Shown here in pieces: positions 36,672-44,849 of a stretch of 64,000 bases of DNA. The notes below the pieces were generated by a model, which ran no database searches, had not been told where the DNA came from, and saw nothing but the letters and a program-made list of their open reading frames with translations. The stretch is from assembly GCA_020441905.1 (NCBI GenBank), contig JAGRLG010000029.1, positions 16,922-80,921 on the forward strand, given 5' to 3'. Position 1 is the stretch's first letter. The number at the start of each line of letters is the position of its first letter. This stretch comes from Rhodobiaceae bacterium. Its GTDB lineage: Bacteria; Pseudomonadota; Alphaproteobacteria; Rhizobiales; NORP267. The position numbers and the translations under genes are program-made.

Positions 36672-37573
36672 GCCGTCACCGCCTTTGTGAGCCGGCGCGC
36701 CCGCAGCCGCGCCAGAACGAAATCGACCGCCAGCACGATGGCAATTCCGAGCAGCCCGTCGACCAGCCAGTGATGGTCGAGATAGACGCTGGCGGCGAGC
36801 ATCCACAGCACATAGGCAAGCAGCAGCGCCCTTATGCCCCAATTGGTGCCGCGCCACGCCGTCACCAGCATGGCGGTGGGAAAGGCCAGATGCAGCGACG
36901 GCAGGGCGCCGAAGACATTGGGGGAGCGCGAATAGAAGTCGTGGAAATAGCTGATTGCGAGCTGGGCATCGACCCGCGCCAGCGCCGCCGCGTCGGGCAG
37001 CGCATTGATGTCGATGGCGCAGCCGTGGCTTCGCACATACCAGGGCGGCGCCGCCGGCAGCCACAGCCAGATGACGAAAGCGACGGCATGGCTTAGCGCC
37101 AGCACCCAGATGAAGCGGCTCGCCCGCGCCGGGTTGAGGAAATAGAGCGCCAGGCCATAGATGATGGCGACCATCCAGAACACCGTATAGGGCAGGGCGA
37201 AGACCAGGTCGGCGGCGGCGCTGTGGTGAAGCGTGAAATAGTCCGCCAGGGTGGTGTCGGGCCCCAGGCCGGCAAGGCGCAGTTCCACGGCGCGCAATTC
37301 GCAGCCCAGGACCCGTTCCGGGGTGACGAAGAAGGGCCGCAGGTAGCGGATCGCCTCGTAGCCGAGCCCGATGCCCACCCCCGGGAGGCAGGCGATCAGC
37401 AGGCCCTTCGTCTTTTCGGTGCCGGCGCCGAGGGCGACGATGATGGCGACGATGACGACATGCTCGACGCGCAGGTCGCCCAGCGCGGCAAAACCGGCGA
37501 TGAATGCCAGCGGCGCCAGCGGCAACAGCCAGAAATCGCCCCACAGGCCACGCAGATGGCGGACAACGAACAT
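36668..37573 (-). CDS. PAP2_3-type membrane protein (inositol-phosphorylceramide synthase / AUR1-like phosphotransferase)
   Basis: 301 aa, about 7 TM helices. PAP2 C2/C3-type motifs 'FGALPSLHLAFP' and 'SVYLDHHWLVDGLLG' occur in the arrangement I associate with the IPC-synthase-like PAP2 subfamily rather than soluble phosphatases. Confidence 0.6.
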   Translation of the reverse strand: MFVVRHLRGLWGDFWLLPLAPLAFIAGFAALGDLRVEHVVIVAIIVALGAGTEKTKGLLIACLPGVGIGLGYEAIRYLRPFFVTPERVLGCELRAVELRLAGLGPDTTLADYFTLHHSAAADLVFALPYTVFWMVAIIYGLALYFLNPARASRFIWVLALSHAVAFVIWLWLPAAPPWYVRSHGCAIDINALPDAAALARVDAQLAISYFHDFYSRSPNVFGALPSLHLAFPTAMLVTAWRGTNWGIRALLLAYVLWMLAASVYLDHHWLVDGLLGIAIVLAVDFVLARLRARRLTKAVTA

Positions 37574-37776
37574 TTTAGAAGGCGTGCCCCGATCTTCTTC
37601 TGCGCCCGGCGCATCAAATCCCCGTCGCCCCGGCCGCGCTGTTTGAGCCCTTCATAATATGGCTTTCCCGCGATTGCCAGCCGCAGGGCGCATCGGCGCG
37701 GCGACAAAGAAGCTGGCATCGCCGCACCGTTCGCGATAGTCAGCGGGGGCGGGAAACAGGCCACCGGACCACGATC

Positions 37777-38640
37777 ATGGCAACAGTGTCGGCAGCATCT
37801 GGCCGCGGCAAGAGCGGCGACCCGGCTTCGGGGAAGCCGCGCCACGTCCTGATAACCGGGGCCACCGGCGGCCTCGGGCAGGCTCTGGCCGCCCATTACG
37901 CCGCGCCCGGCCGCGTGCTGTCGCTGACCGGGCGCGACGCCGCGCGCCTGTCCGCGATCGCCGACACCTGCGCCGCGCGCGGCGCGCATGTCGTCTCCCG
38001 CGCCCTCGACATCACCGACGCCGAAGCCCTGGGCGGCTGGATCGTCGCCCGCGACGAGGAAGACCCCATCGACCTGCTGATCGCCAATGCCGGCATCGGC
38101 GGCGCGGCCGTGGTCCCGCCTCCGGGCGGCGAAAGCGGCGAATTGGCGCGCCGGATCCTCGCCGTCAACACCATCGGCGCCATCAACACCGTGACCCCGG
38201 CCCTGCCGCGCATGATCGCCCGCCGGCGCGGGCATATCGCCATCGTCGGCTCGATATCCGGATCCATCGGCATGGCCCAGTCGCCGGTCTATTGCGCCTC
38301 CAAGGGCGCGGTACAGATCTATGCCGACGGCCTGCGCCGCCTCGTCAGGCGCCACGGCCTGCGCGTCACCTGCGTGCTGCCGGGTTTCATCGACACGCCG
38401 ATGAGCCGCTCGCTCGACATGCCCCGCCCCTGGTGCTGGCCGGCGGAGCGGGCCGCCCGGCGCATCGCCGCCGACATCGCGCGCGGCGCCAGCAGGAGCA
38501 TCTTTCCCTGGCAGTTGCGCGCCGGCATAGGCCTTCAGAACTACCTGCCCGCGGCCCTCACCGACTTCATTCTGGAGATCGGCGCGCGCGGCGGCGGCTG
38601 GACCAATCCCGAACCGGACGAAGACGGCGGGACGGACTAG
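37777..38640 (+). CDS. Classical short-chain dehydrogenase/reductase (candidate 3-keto reductase)
   Basis: 'HVLITGATGGLGQALA' (TGxxxGxG), 'NAGIG' and the catalytic 'YCASKGAV' (YxxxK). It is transcribed divergently from the PAP2-GNAT-ACP-KAS operon. Confidence 0.85.
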   Translation: MATVSAASGRGKSGDPASGKPRHVLITGATGGLGQALAAHYAAPGRVLSLTGRDAARLSAIADTCAARGAHVVSRALDITDAEALGGWIVARDEEDPIDLLIANAGIGGAAVVPPPGGESGELARRILAVNTIGAINTVTPALPRMIARRRGHIAIVGSISGSIGMAQSPVYCASKGAVQIYADGLRRLVRRHGLRVTCVLPGFIDTPMSRSLDMPRPWCWPAERAARRIAADIARGASRSIFPWQLRAGIGLQNYLPAALTDFILEIGARGGGWTNPEPDEDGGTD

Positions 38641-38668
38641 CGAATTCGCGGTCCGCCGATCTTCCGGC

Positions 38669-38746
38669 CTAGTGTGGTGGATTTGAAGTTCGTTCCACAA
38701 TTTGCGGCAGGCTCTCAAACGAACTTCAAATCCGGAACCACACTAG
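38669..38746. repeat. Palindromic intergenic element, copy A (REP/RIME/MITE-like)
   Basis: CTAGTGTGGTGGATTTGAAGTTCGTT...loop...AACGAACTTCAAATCCGGAACCACACTAG: arms of about 27 bp with 2-3 mismatches. The loop contains TGCGGCAGGCTC. Confidence 0.8.
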
Positions 38747-38759
38747 AATCATATAGTTG

Positions 38760-38835
38760 CTAGTGTCCTTATTGAATCCGAAGTTCGTTCCGAGCCTGCC
38801 GCACAGTGCGACGAACTTCGGATTCAGGACACTAG
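38760..38835. repeat. Palindromic intergenic element, copy B (inverted orientation, diverged)
   Basis: CTAGTGTCCTTATTGAATCCGAAGTTCGT...loop...ACGAACTTCGGATTCAGGACACTAG. The loop contains GAGCCTGCCGCA, the reverse complement of the copy A loop core. The last 4 nt overlap the stop of the DUF4833-like gene. Confidence 0.8.
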
Positions 38836-39440
38836 CGTTGCGCCGGCCGGTCGCCGGGCGCCATGCCCGCCGCGCGCTGGTCGACGAACAGGCGCTCGCT
38901 GACGCGCTCATCCCCCTCCAGCGTGCGCCCGACAATGTCGATATGGCCGATCTCCGGGATATAGCTGTTCGTCAGCAGCTCGATATAGATGCAGTCGAGC
39001 ACCGCCGGCCGGCCGGAAATCTCCAGCAGCCCGCGCGCCTTGCCCGGCGCCACCGGCTCGACCTCGACCTCCAGCGCCGGATAGGAAACGAGATGGGCGC
39101 GGTAGCGGCCAGGCGCCCCCTTGAGCGGCGCATAGCGCGCGCCAAAGGCGAAGGTGCGCTCGAAGAACCCCAATTCCTTGCGCTGCCCCTTTTCGGCATA
39201 GCGCCGCCAATAGACATCGACCGGATGCTGCGCATCGACCTTGCCCGTGCCGTCGAAATTGAGGGCGTAGATCACGGTATTGGCGTTGCTGGTGCGCTGC
39301 AGGTAGAAGACCTGGCCCGGCTCGTTCGGGGCCGGGTATCCGGGCTTTGCCGTGCAGGCCGACTGGGCCGCCCGCGCCGCCGGAACCTGGGCGGCAAGGG
39401 CCAGCATGAACGACAGCGCCAGCAACGCATTGAGCCGCAT
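38832..39440 (-). CDS. Secreted hypothetical protein (DUF4833-like by recollection)
   Basis: 202 aa from ATG 39440 (GGGAG SD). Signal peptide 'MRLNALLALSFMLALAAQVPAARAAQ'. 'VFYLQRTSNANTVIYALNFD' resembles the DUF4833 core as I remember it; this is unverified. Confidence 0.45.
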   Translation of the reverse strand: MRLNALLALSFMLALAAQVPAARAAQSACTAKPGYPAPNEPGQVFYLQRTSNANTVIYALNFDGTGKVDAQHPVDVYWRRYAEKGQRKELGFFERTFAFGARYAPLKGAPGRYRAHLVSYPALEVEVEPVAPGKARGLLEISGRPAVLDCIYIELLTNSYIPEIGHIDIVGRTLEGDERVSERLFVDQRAAGMAPGDRPAQR

Positions 39441-39594
39441 GACGATGGAACTCCCTGGAGACCCCCTTAAACGCGCTTGCGCCAATTGGTTTTGCAGCGT
39501 TTTGCGCTTGTCTACACCACGCCGGGCGCGCTTGACCACCCATGCGGCAATGGAGCCCACTGGAGCGCCCGTCCGATTTCACTAATATCGCGCC

Positions 39595-41064
39595 ATGCCG
39601 GCAATCCTCGACGCCCGTTCATTGCAGACCTCTACCCTCGACGCCCCCGTCTGCATCGTCGGCGGCGGGCCGATGGGGCTTTCGGTTTCCGTTCGGCTGA
39701 GCGAACTGGGCATCGACCACATCGTCCTGGAGAGCGGCGGACGCGAGCCCGGCGACAACCAGGATCTGGCCGGCGGCGAGAACATCGGGCAGGAATACGA
39801 GGATCTGGTTACCACCAGGATCCGCGCCCTCGGCGGCACCACCCATATCTGGGGCGGACATTGCAAGCCCTTGCGGCCCGAGGATTTCCTGCCCCGCGCC
39901 CATATCCCCAATTCGGGCTGGCCGATTACCTTCGAGGAATTCGCGAAACATATCGGCGGCGCCTGCGAACTGGTGGGACTGGAGAACAAGTGGCGCGCCG
40001 CCGACTATGGTGACTTTTCCGCCTGGCTGGATCCGGAAGCCGGCTTTTTCGATTTCGAGGCCTTCAAGCTTTCGCAGATGAACCACAACCCGTCGCAATG
40101 GGCCAAAGGCGATTTCTTCACCGCCAACAGGTCCCGCATCGGCGCCCGCATCCTCACCCACGCCACGGCGCGGCGGCTGCTATTCGACGAGGCGGGACGG
40201 GTCGCGGCCGTCGAATGCGCGGGCGGCGAGGATCGGCCGCTGCAGGTCCGCGCCAAGATTTTCGTCGTCGCCTGCGGCGGCATCGAGACGGCGCGCTTTC
40301 TGCTCATCAACAAGCGCCTTGCCGGCGGCCCGCTTTCCGCCCTGCCCGCGCTGGGGCGCTATTTCATGGAGCATCCGCAGGTCGTGACCGGCCAGGCGCT
40401 GCTTCCGCCGTCCTTGCCGGAATATTTTTTCGGCGTGCGCGAACCCAATGGCGAGGTCAACCAGATGCGGTTCTTCCTGAAGGACCGCATGCAACGCCAA
40501 CACGGTCTGCCCTCTACCATGTTCGAGCTGCTGCGCCCCGAAACCGGAGGGCAGGGGCCGGCCGATCGCGTGGCGCGCCTCGGGGCGGCGGCGCCCATCC
40601 GTTCCGGCATCTTCGCCAAGCCCGAACAGGCGCCGCTTCCAGACCGCTATGTCGCCTTATCGCGGGAGCGCACCGACCGCCTCGGCGACCCGGTGACCCA
40701 GTTGCATTACTTTGCGGATGCGTCGGCACATGCATCGCTCCAGGAGACAACCCGTCTGTTTGCCCGCGAGCTCGGCCTCCAGGGCATCGGCCTGGCGAGA
40801 CTGACCATGGGGCCGCCCGGCGAACCGGCGGGCGGGAAGGATTCCAATGTCGGCTGGCAGCGCCATCACATGGGCACAACAAGAATGGGAACCGACCCCG
40901 CCACCGCCGTTGTCGATGACCAATGCCGGGTCTTTGGCGTCCCCAATCTCTATATCGGCGGCACCAGTGTCTTTCCCACCGGCGGATGCGTCAATCCGAC
41001 CATGAACGCCATCGCCCTGTGCCTGCGCCTCGCGAGCCATATCGGGAGCAGCCTCAATGCCTGA
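39595..41064 (+). CDS. GMC family FAD-dependent oxidoreductase
   Basis: N-terminal 'VCIVGGGPMGLSVSVRLSELG' and the C-terminal GMC signature 'HHMGTTRMGTDPATAVVDDQCRVFGVPNLYIGGTSVFPTGG.VNPT'. Confidence 0.85.
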   Translation: MPAILDARSLQTSTLDAPVCIVGGGPMGLSVSVRLSELGIDHIVLESGGREPGDNQDLAGGENIGQEYEDLVTTRIRALGGTTHIWGGHCKPLRPEDFLPRAHIPNSGWPITFEEFAKHIGGACELVGLENKWRAADYGDFSAWLDPEAGFFDFEAFKLSQMNHNPSQWAKGDFFTANRSRIGARILTHATARRLLFDEAGRVAAVECAGGEDRPLQVRAKIFVVACGGIETARFLLINKRLAGGPLSALPALGRYFMEHPQVVTGQALLPPSLPEYFFGVREPNGEVNQMRFFLKDRMQRQHGLPSTMFELLRPETGGQGPADRVARLGAAAPIRSGIFAKPEQAPLPDRYVALSRERTDRLGDPVTQLHYFADASAHASLQETTRLFARELGLQGIGLARLTMGPPGEPAGGKDSNVGWQRHHMGTTRMGTDPATAVVDDQCRVFGVPNLYIGGTSVFPTGGCVNPTMNAIALCLRLASHIGSSLNA

Positions 41065-41290
41065 GATGACACGGCGCAAGCTGGCGCTCGCGGCTCTGTG
41101 CGGCGCTGGCGCCCTCGCCGCCAGGATCGGCGCCAGATGGGCATGGCAGGCCGCCTCGATGCCCGACCCGCGGATCGTGCGCGCCGAGTTCCTCGCCGGC
41201 GACGTCGTCGAGATAGACGGCTGGATCGTCTCGCGCAGCCAGGCGGCATGGCTTGCCGCCACTGGCACAGACCCGGAAAGCCTGCTCTAG
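41057..41290 (+). CDS. Small protein with Tat-like signal, probable partner subunit of the GMC oxidoreductase
   Basis: 77 aa. 'MTRRKLALAALCGAGALAA' contains a twin arginine plus a hydrophobic region. It overlaps the GMC stop by 8 nt. Confidence 0.45.
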   Translation: MPEMTRRKLALAALCGAGALAARIGARWAWQAASMPDPRIVRAEFLAGDVVEIDGWIVSRSQAAWLAATGTDPESLL

Positions 41291-41302
41291 GCCGCTGGCG
41301 TT

Positions 41303-42715
41303 CTATTCGCTGGATGCCCGCATATAGACATCGTCAAAGCGCACGATGTCGTCCTCGCCCAGATAGCTGCCCGACTGGACCTCGACCAGATAGGCCGGTT
41401 CGCTGCCCGGATTGCCGAGGCGGTGGCGCGTGCCGGCGGCGATATAGGTCGACTGGTTGACGCCGAGCGCGAACACCTCCTCGCCCCGCGTCACCTCAAC
41501 GGTGCCGGCCACCACCACCCAGTGCTCGGAGCGGTGGCGGTGGCTTTGCAGCGACAGCTTTTCCCCCGGCTTGACCATCAGCGACTTGACCTGGAAGCGC
41601 TCGGCGCGGCTCAGCACCTCGTACCAGCCCCAGGGCCTGTAGACCCGGTCATGGGTGGTCGCCTCGGGGCGCTGCTGGGCACGCAGGTGATCGACCACGT
41701 GCTTGACCTGTTCGGCCTCCCGCGCGCTCGCCACCATCACCACGTCCTTGGTGGCGACGACCACCAGGCCCTCGACCCCGAGCACCGATACCAGCTGGCC
41801 CTCGCTGACCGCGAGGCAATTGCCCGAATTGTGAAAATGAACGTCGCCGAGGGCGCAATTGCCGGCCTCGTTCTTTTCCAGCACTTCCCAGATCGCCGCC
41901 CAGGAACCGAGGTCGCTCCAAGCGCCGTCGAATGGCACGCATTTGATATTGCCCGCCTTTTCCATGATCGCGTGATCGAGCGAGATATTGGCGCAGGCGG
42001 CATAGGCCACCTCTTCGAGGCGGATGAAGCCGAGATCGCGCCCGGCGCGCTCCAGCGCCGTGCGGCAACAGGCCACCATGTCCGGCGCAAGGGCCTCGAA
42101 GGCGCAAATCATCGCCGAGGCGGAAAACAGGAAGATGCCGGCATTCCAGAAGAAATGCCCGTGATCGAGAAACTCCTGCGCCCGCTCCGCCGACGGCTTT
42201 TCGACGAAGCGGACGACGTCGAGCACGCTCGTCCCCTCCAGTGTTTCGATATAGCCATAGCCGGTATGGGGGCTGGACGGGCGGATGCCGAAGGTCACCA
42301 GGGCGCCGGCCCGCGCCGCCTCGATGCCCCGTTCAACCGCGGCGCCGAAGGCCGCCGTGTCGGGGATATGATGATCGGATGGCAGCAGCAGGATCAGGCC
42401 GTCCTCGCCCTGCCGCGCCACCTGAAGCGCCGCCGTCAGCGCCGCCGGCGCGGTGTTGCGGCCCACCGGCTCGAGGATGATGTCGCTGCCCTCAACGCCG
42501 ATCTGGCGCAATTGCTCGGCGATGATGAAGCGGTGGTCGAAATTGCCGATCACGCACGGGCTGGCGAACAGCCGGGGCGACAGGCGCTCGCAGGTTTCCT
42601 GGAACAGGCTGACATCGCCGATCAGGTTGAGGAACTGCTTGGGCATCGACTTACGCGATACCGGCCACAGCCGCGTACCGGCCCCGCCGGACAGGATAAC
42701 CGGCCTGATCTTCAT
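41303..42715 (-). CDS. manC: Mannose-1-phosphate guanylyltransferase / mannose-6-phosphate isomerase (type II PMI-GMP)
   Basis: 470 aa. 'PVILSGGAGTRLWPVSR...PKQF' nucleotidyltransferase N-terminus and the cupin C-terminus 'SLQSHRHRSEHWVVVAGTVEV'. Confidence 0.9.
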   Translation of the reverse strand: MKIRPVILSGGAGTRLWPVSRKSMPKQFLNLIGDVSLFQETCERLSPRLFASPCVIGNFDHRFIIAEQLRQIGVEGSDIILEPVGRNTAPAALTAALQVARQGEDGLILLLPSDHHIPDTAAFGAAVERGIEAARAGALVTFGIRPSSPHTGYGYIETLEGTSVLDVVRFVEKPSAERAQEFLDHGHFFWNAGIFLFSASAMICAFEALAPDMVACCRTALERAGRDLGFIRLEEVAYAACANISLDHAIMEKAGNIKCVPFDGAWSDLGSWAAIWEVLEKNEAGNCALGDVHFHNSGNCLAVSEGQLVSVLGVEGLVVVATKDVVMVASAREAEQVKHVVDHLRAQQRPEATTHDRVYRPWGWYEVLSRAERFQVKSLMVKPGEKLSLQSHRHRSEHWVVVAGTVEVTRGEEVFALGVNQSTYIAAGTRHRLGNPGSEPAYLVEVQSGSYLGEDDIVRFDDVYMRASSE

Positions 42716-43031
42716 ATCTGGCGCCCCGAAGAATATTGGATACCCTTGCCTGGAGGATCACATTAGACAAGCCGCCCCGCGAGCGCAAATGGCACTTGCG
42801 AGGCGCATGTGGGACAACCTCTGATTGGTGCCAGCGTGACAAACCGTCCGCGATATTCTATTCCGCCACATGAACGGAATGGCGCAGGCAATCTGAACCT
42901 CGGCAAGGCCGGTTGACTGGCAGGTGCGCAATGGATGCCACACATGAGGGGGCGTTGAAAGCAGGCGCAGGGCAGCACGCCGGGCAACACGCCGGGCAGC
43001 GCGCGGAGCCGGACGCCGGAGTACGCCGCTA

Positions 43032-44849
43032 ATGGCAGTCCAGGCACCTTCCGCCGCCCTGCCCCGGCCGGTCAGCCGGCAACGCATGATGGTCATCGCC
43101 GCCGCCCTGATCGGGCTGTGCCTCGGCCTCGGCCTTCTCGTGCGCACCTATGTCTTCGACTTCCTGGTCCAGGAGGCCGCCCAGCGCGGCAACGCGACGC
43201 TGAATTTCCACGCCGAGACTTTCGAGGGCGCGCTCGACAAATACCGCATCCTGCCCGCCCTTTTCTCCCGCCGCGCCGATATCCGCCAGATGGTGCGCGA
43301 CGCCGCAACGCCGTCCGCTGCCGCCGAAAGCCGGGCCGCAAGCCCCCTGCCCACCGACCTGTTCGGCGAGCACGCCGCCCTTACCGGCGCCCATGCCATC
43401 GCCGTTTCCGATGGCAGCGGCCGGGTCTTCGCCGCCAGCCGCAGCGATCTGCCGGACCTTGCCATTGGCGCGCGGATTGCCGGGCAGGCCCATTTCGCCA
43501 CCGCCCTCGACGGCCGCCTCGGGCGCCAGAGCATGGTGGCTCCCGATGGCAGCCGCCTCTATCTGTTTTCCTATGCCTTGCGGCCGGACCCCGGCGTCCT
43601 CGGCGTCGTTACCGTGGCGGTCAACCTGGAGCGCATCGAGCGCCCCTGGACCCTGGTCCGCGATATCCTGCTGGCCGCCGACGCGGGAGGGCGGATCATC
43701 CTCGCCAACCGGCCCGAGTTGCGCCTGCGCGCCCTGGCCGGCAAACCGCCTCCGGCGGAGGAGGACTACGCTCCGCTGGTGATAGCCGAAGGCGGCCGGG
43801 ACCGGCTGGTGCGTTTGTCCGACCGCGCCCTGTCAGGGCGCTTCGTCATATCCAGGCGCCGCATGCCGGTGCTTGACTGGACCATGGTCGCGCTTGGCGA
43901 AACCGTATCCATCGAACGGCGGGCCGCGCTGGCCGGCGGGCTGGCGGGCACCGCGGCGCTGCTGGTTGCAACTGTGCTGCTCTTCATTCTCCAGGGCCGG
44001 CGCAATCTGGCGCAAAAACTGCGGGACGACCGAGCCATGGCGCTGCGCCTGGAGCGCCTGGTGCGCGACCGCACCAAGGATCTGCTGACCACCCGCGGCG
44101 AACTCATCCAGGCGGCCAAGCTGGCTGCCCTGGGCCAGATGTCGGCGGCCATGGCGCACGAGTTCAACCAGCCGCTGGCCGCCATGCGCTCCAATGCCGA
44201 CAACGCCGAAACCCTGATCCGCCGCGGCGAAGCCGAAAAGGCCATAGAGAATCTGGTCCGCCTGCGCAGCCTCGTTGACCGCCTCGGCGCCACCTCGCGC
44301 TCGCTCAAGACCTTTGCCCGCAAGCCGCGCAGCCAGTTGCGCCCCGTGTCCCTGCGCGCGGTTTGCGATGCCGCCCTGCTGGTCCTTCAGCCGCGCCGCC
44401 GCGAAACCGGAGTCGAGATTGCGGTCAATGCGCCCGGCGGCGACGTGCAGGTTCTTGCCGGCGCCGTGCGCATGGAGCAGGTCATCGTCAATCTGGTTGC
44501 CAATGCCATCGACGCCGCCGCGGAAAAACACCCCGGGCGCGGCGGCCGCGTCGAGATCGAAATCGCGGCCAGCGGCGCCGTCGGCGAGATCAGCGTGCGC
44601 GACAATGGCGCCGGCATCCAGGTGTCCCCGAAGGAAACGGTTTTCGACCCCTTCGTCACCACCAAGGAAGCCGGAGACGGACTCGGCCTCGGCCTCTCGA
44701 TCACCTACAATATCGTCAAGGACTTTTCCGGCACCATCGCCGTCGACGACGCGCCGGGCGGCGGCGCGATGTTTTCGGTCCGGCTGCCGCTGGCCGGAGA
44801 CGGCCCGCCGGGCGAAAGCGCAAGCCAAGGAGACGCGCCAGTTGAGTGA
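43032..44849 (+). CDS. dctB: C4-dicarboxylate-type sensor histidine kinase (DctB-like)
   Basis: 605 aa. Two TM helices flank a periplasmic domain of about 270 aa. HisKA 'LGQMSAAMAHEFNQPL', HATPase 'RDNGAGI...GLGLGLSI'. A DctD-type regulator follows immediately. Confidence 0.8.
   Translation: MAVQAPSAALPRPVSRQRMMVIAAALIGLCLGLGLLVRTYVFDFLVQEAAQRGNATLNFHAETFEGALDKYRILPALFSRRADIRQMVRDAATPSAAAESRAASPLPTDLFGEHAALTGAHAIAVSDGSGRVFAASRSDLPDLAIGARIAGQAHFATALDGRLGRQSMVAPDGSRLYLFSYALRPDPGVLGVVTVAVNLERIERPWTLVRDILLAADAGGRIILANRPELRLRALAGKPPPAEEDYAPLVIAEGGRDRLVRLSDRALSGRFVISRRRMPVLDWTMVALGETVSIERRAALAGGLAGTAALLVATVLLFILQGRRNLAQKLRDDRAMALRLERLVRDRTKDLLTTRGELIQAAKLAALGQMSAAMAHEFNQPLAAMRSNADNAETLIRRGEAEKAIENLVRLRSLVDRLGATSRSLKTFARKPRSQLRPVSLRAVCDAALLVLQPRRRETGVEIAVNAPGGDVQVLAGAVRMEQVIVNLVANAIDAAAEKHPGRGGRVEIEIAASGAVGEISVRDNGAGIQVSPKETVFDPFVTTKEAGDGLGLGLSITYNIVKDFSGTIAVDDAPGGGAMFSVRLPLAGDGPPGESASQGDAPVE

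Noticed and set aside
35481-37544. 687-aa ORF that would fuse the GNAT region with a long N-terminal extension.
   Set aside because: The N-terminal ~290 aa lie out of frame on the same strand across the well-supported PAP2 membrane protein gene (36668..37573) and are Arg/Pro/Gly-rich. An internal ATG at 36671 overlaps the PAP2 stop (ATGA) and gives a sensible 396-aa protein.
42790-42805. A second sigma-54-like sequence, TGGCACttgcgagGC, about 240 nt upstream of dctB.
   Set aside because: The GG-N10-GC spacing is correct, but the -12 region (AGGCG) departs from TTGCW. dctB-type kinase genes are not usually sigma-54-dependent, and no activator site is evident. I treat it as a chance match pending transcription start data.
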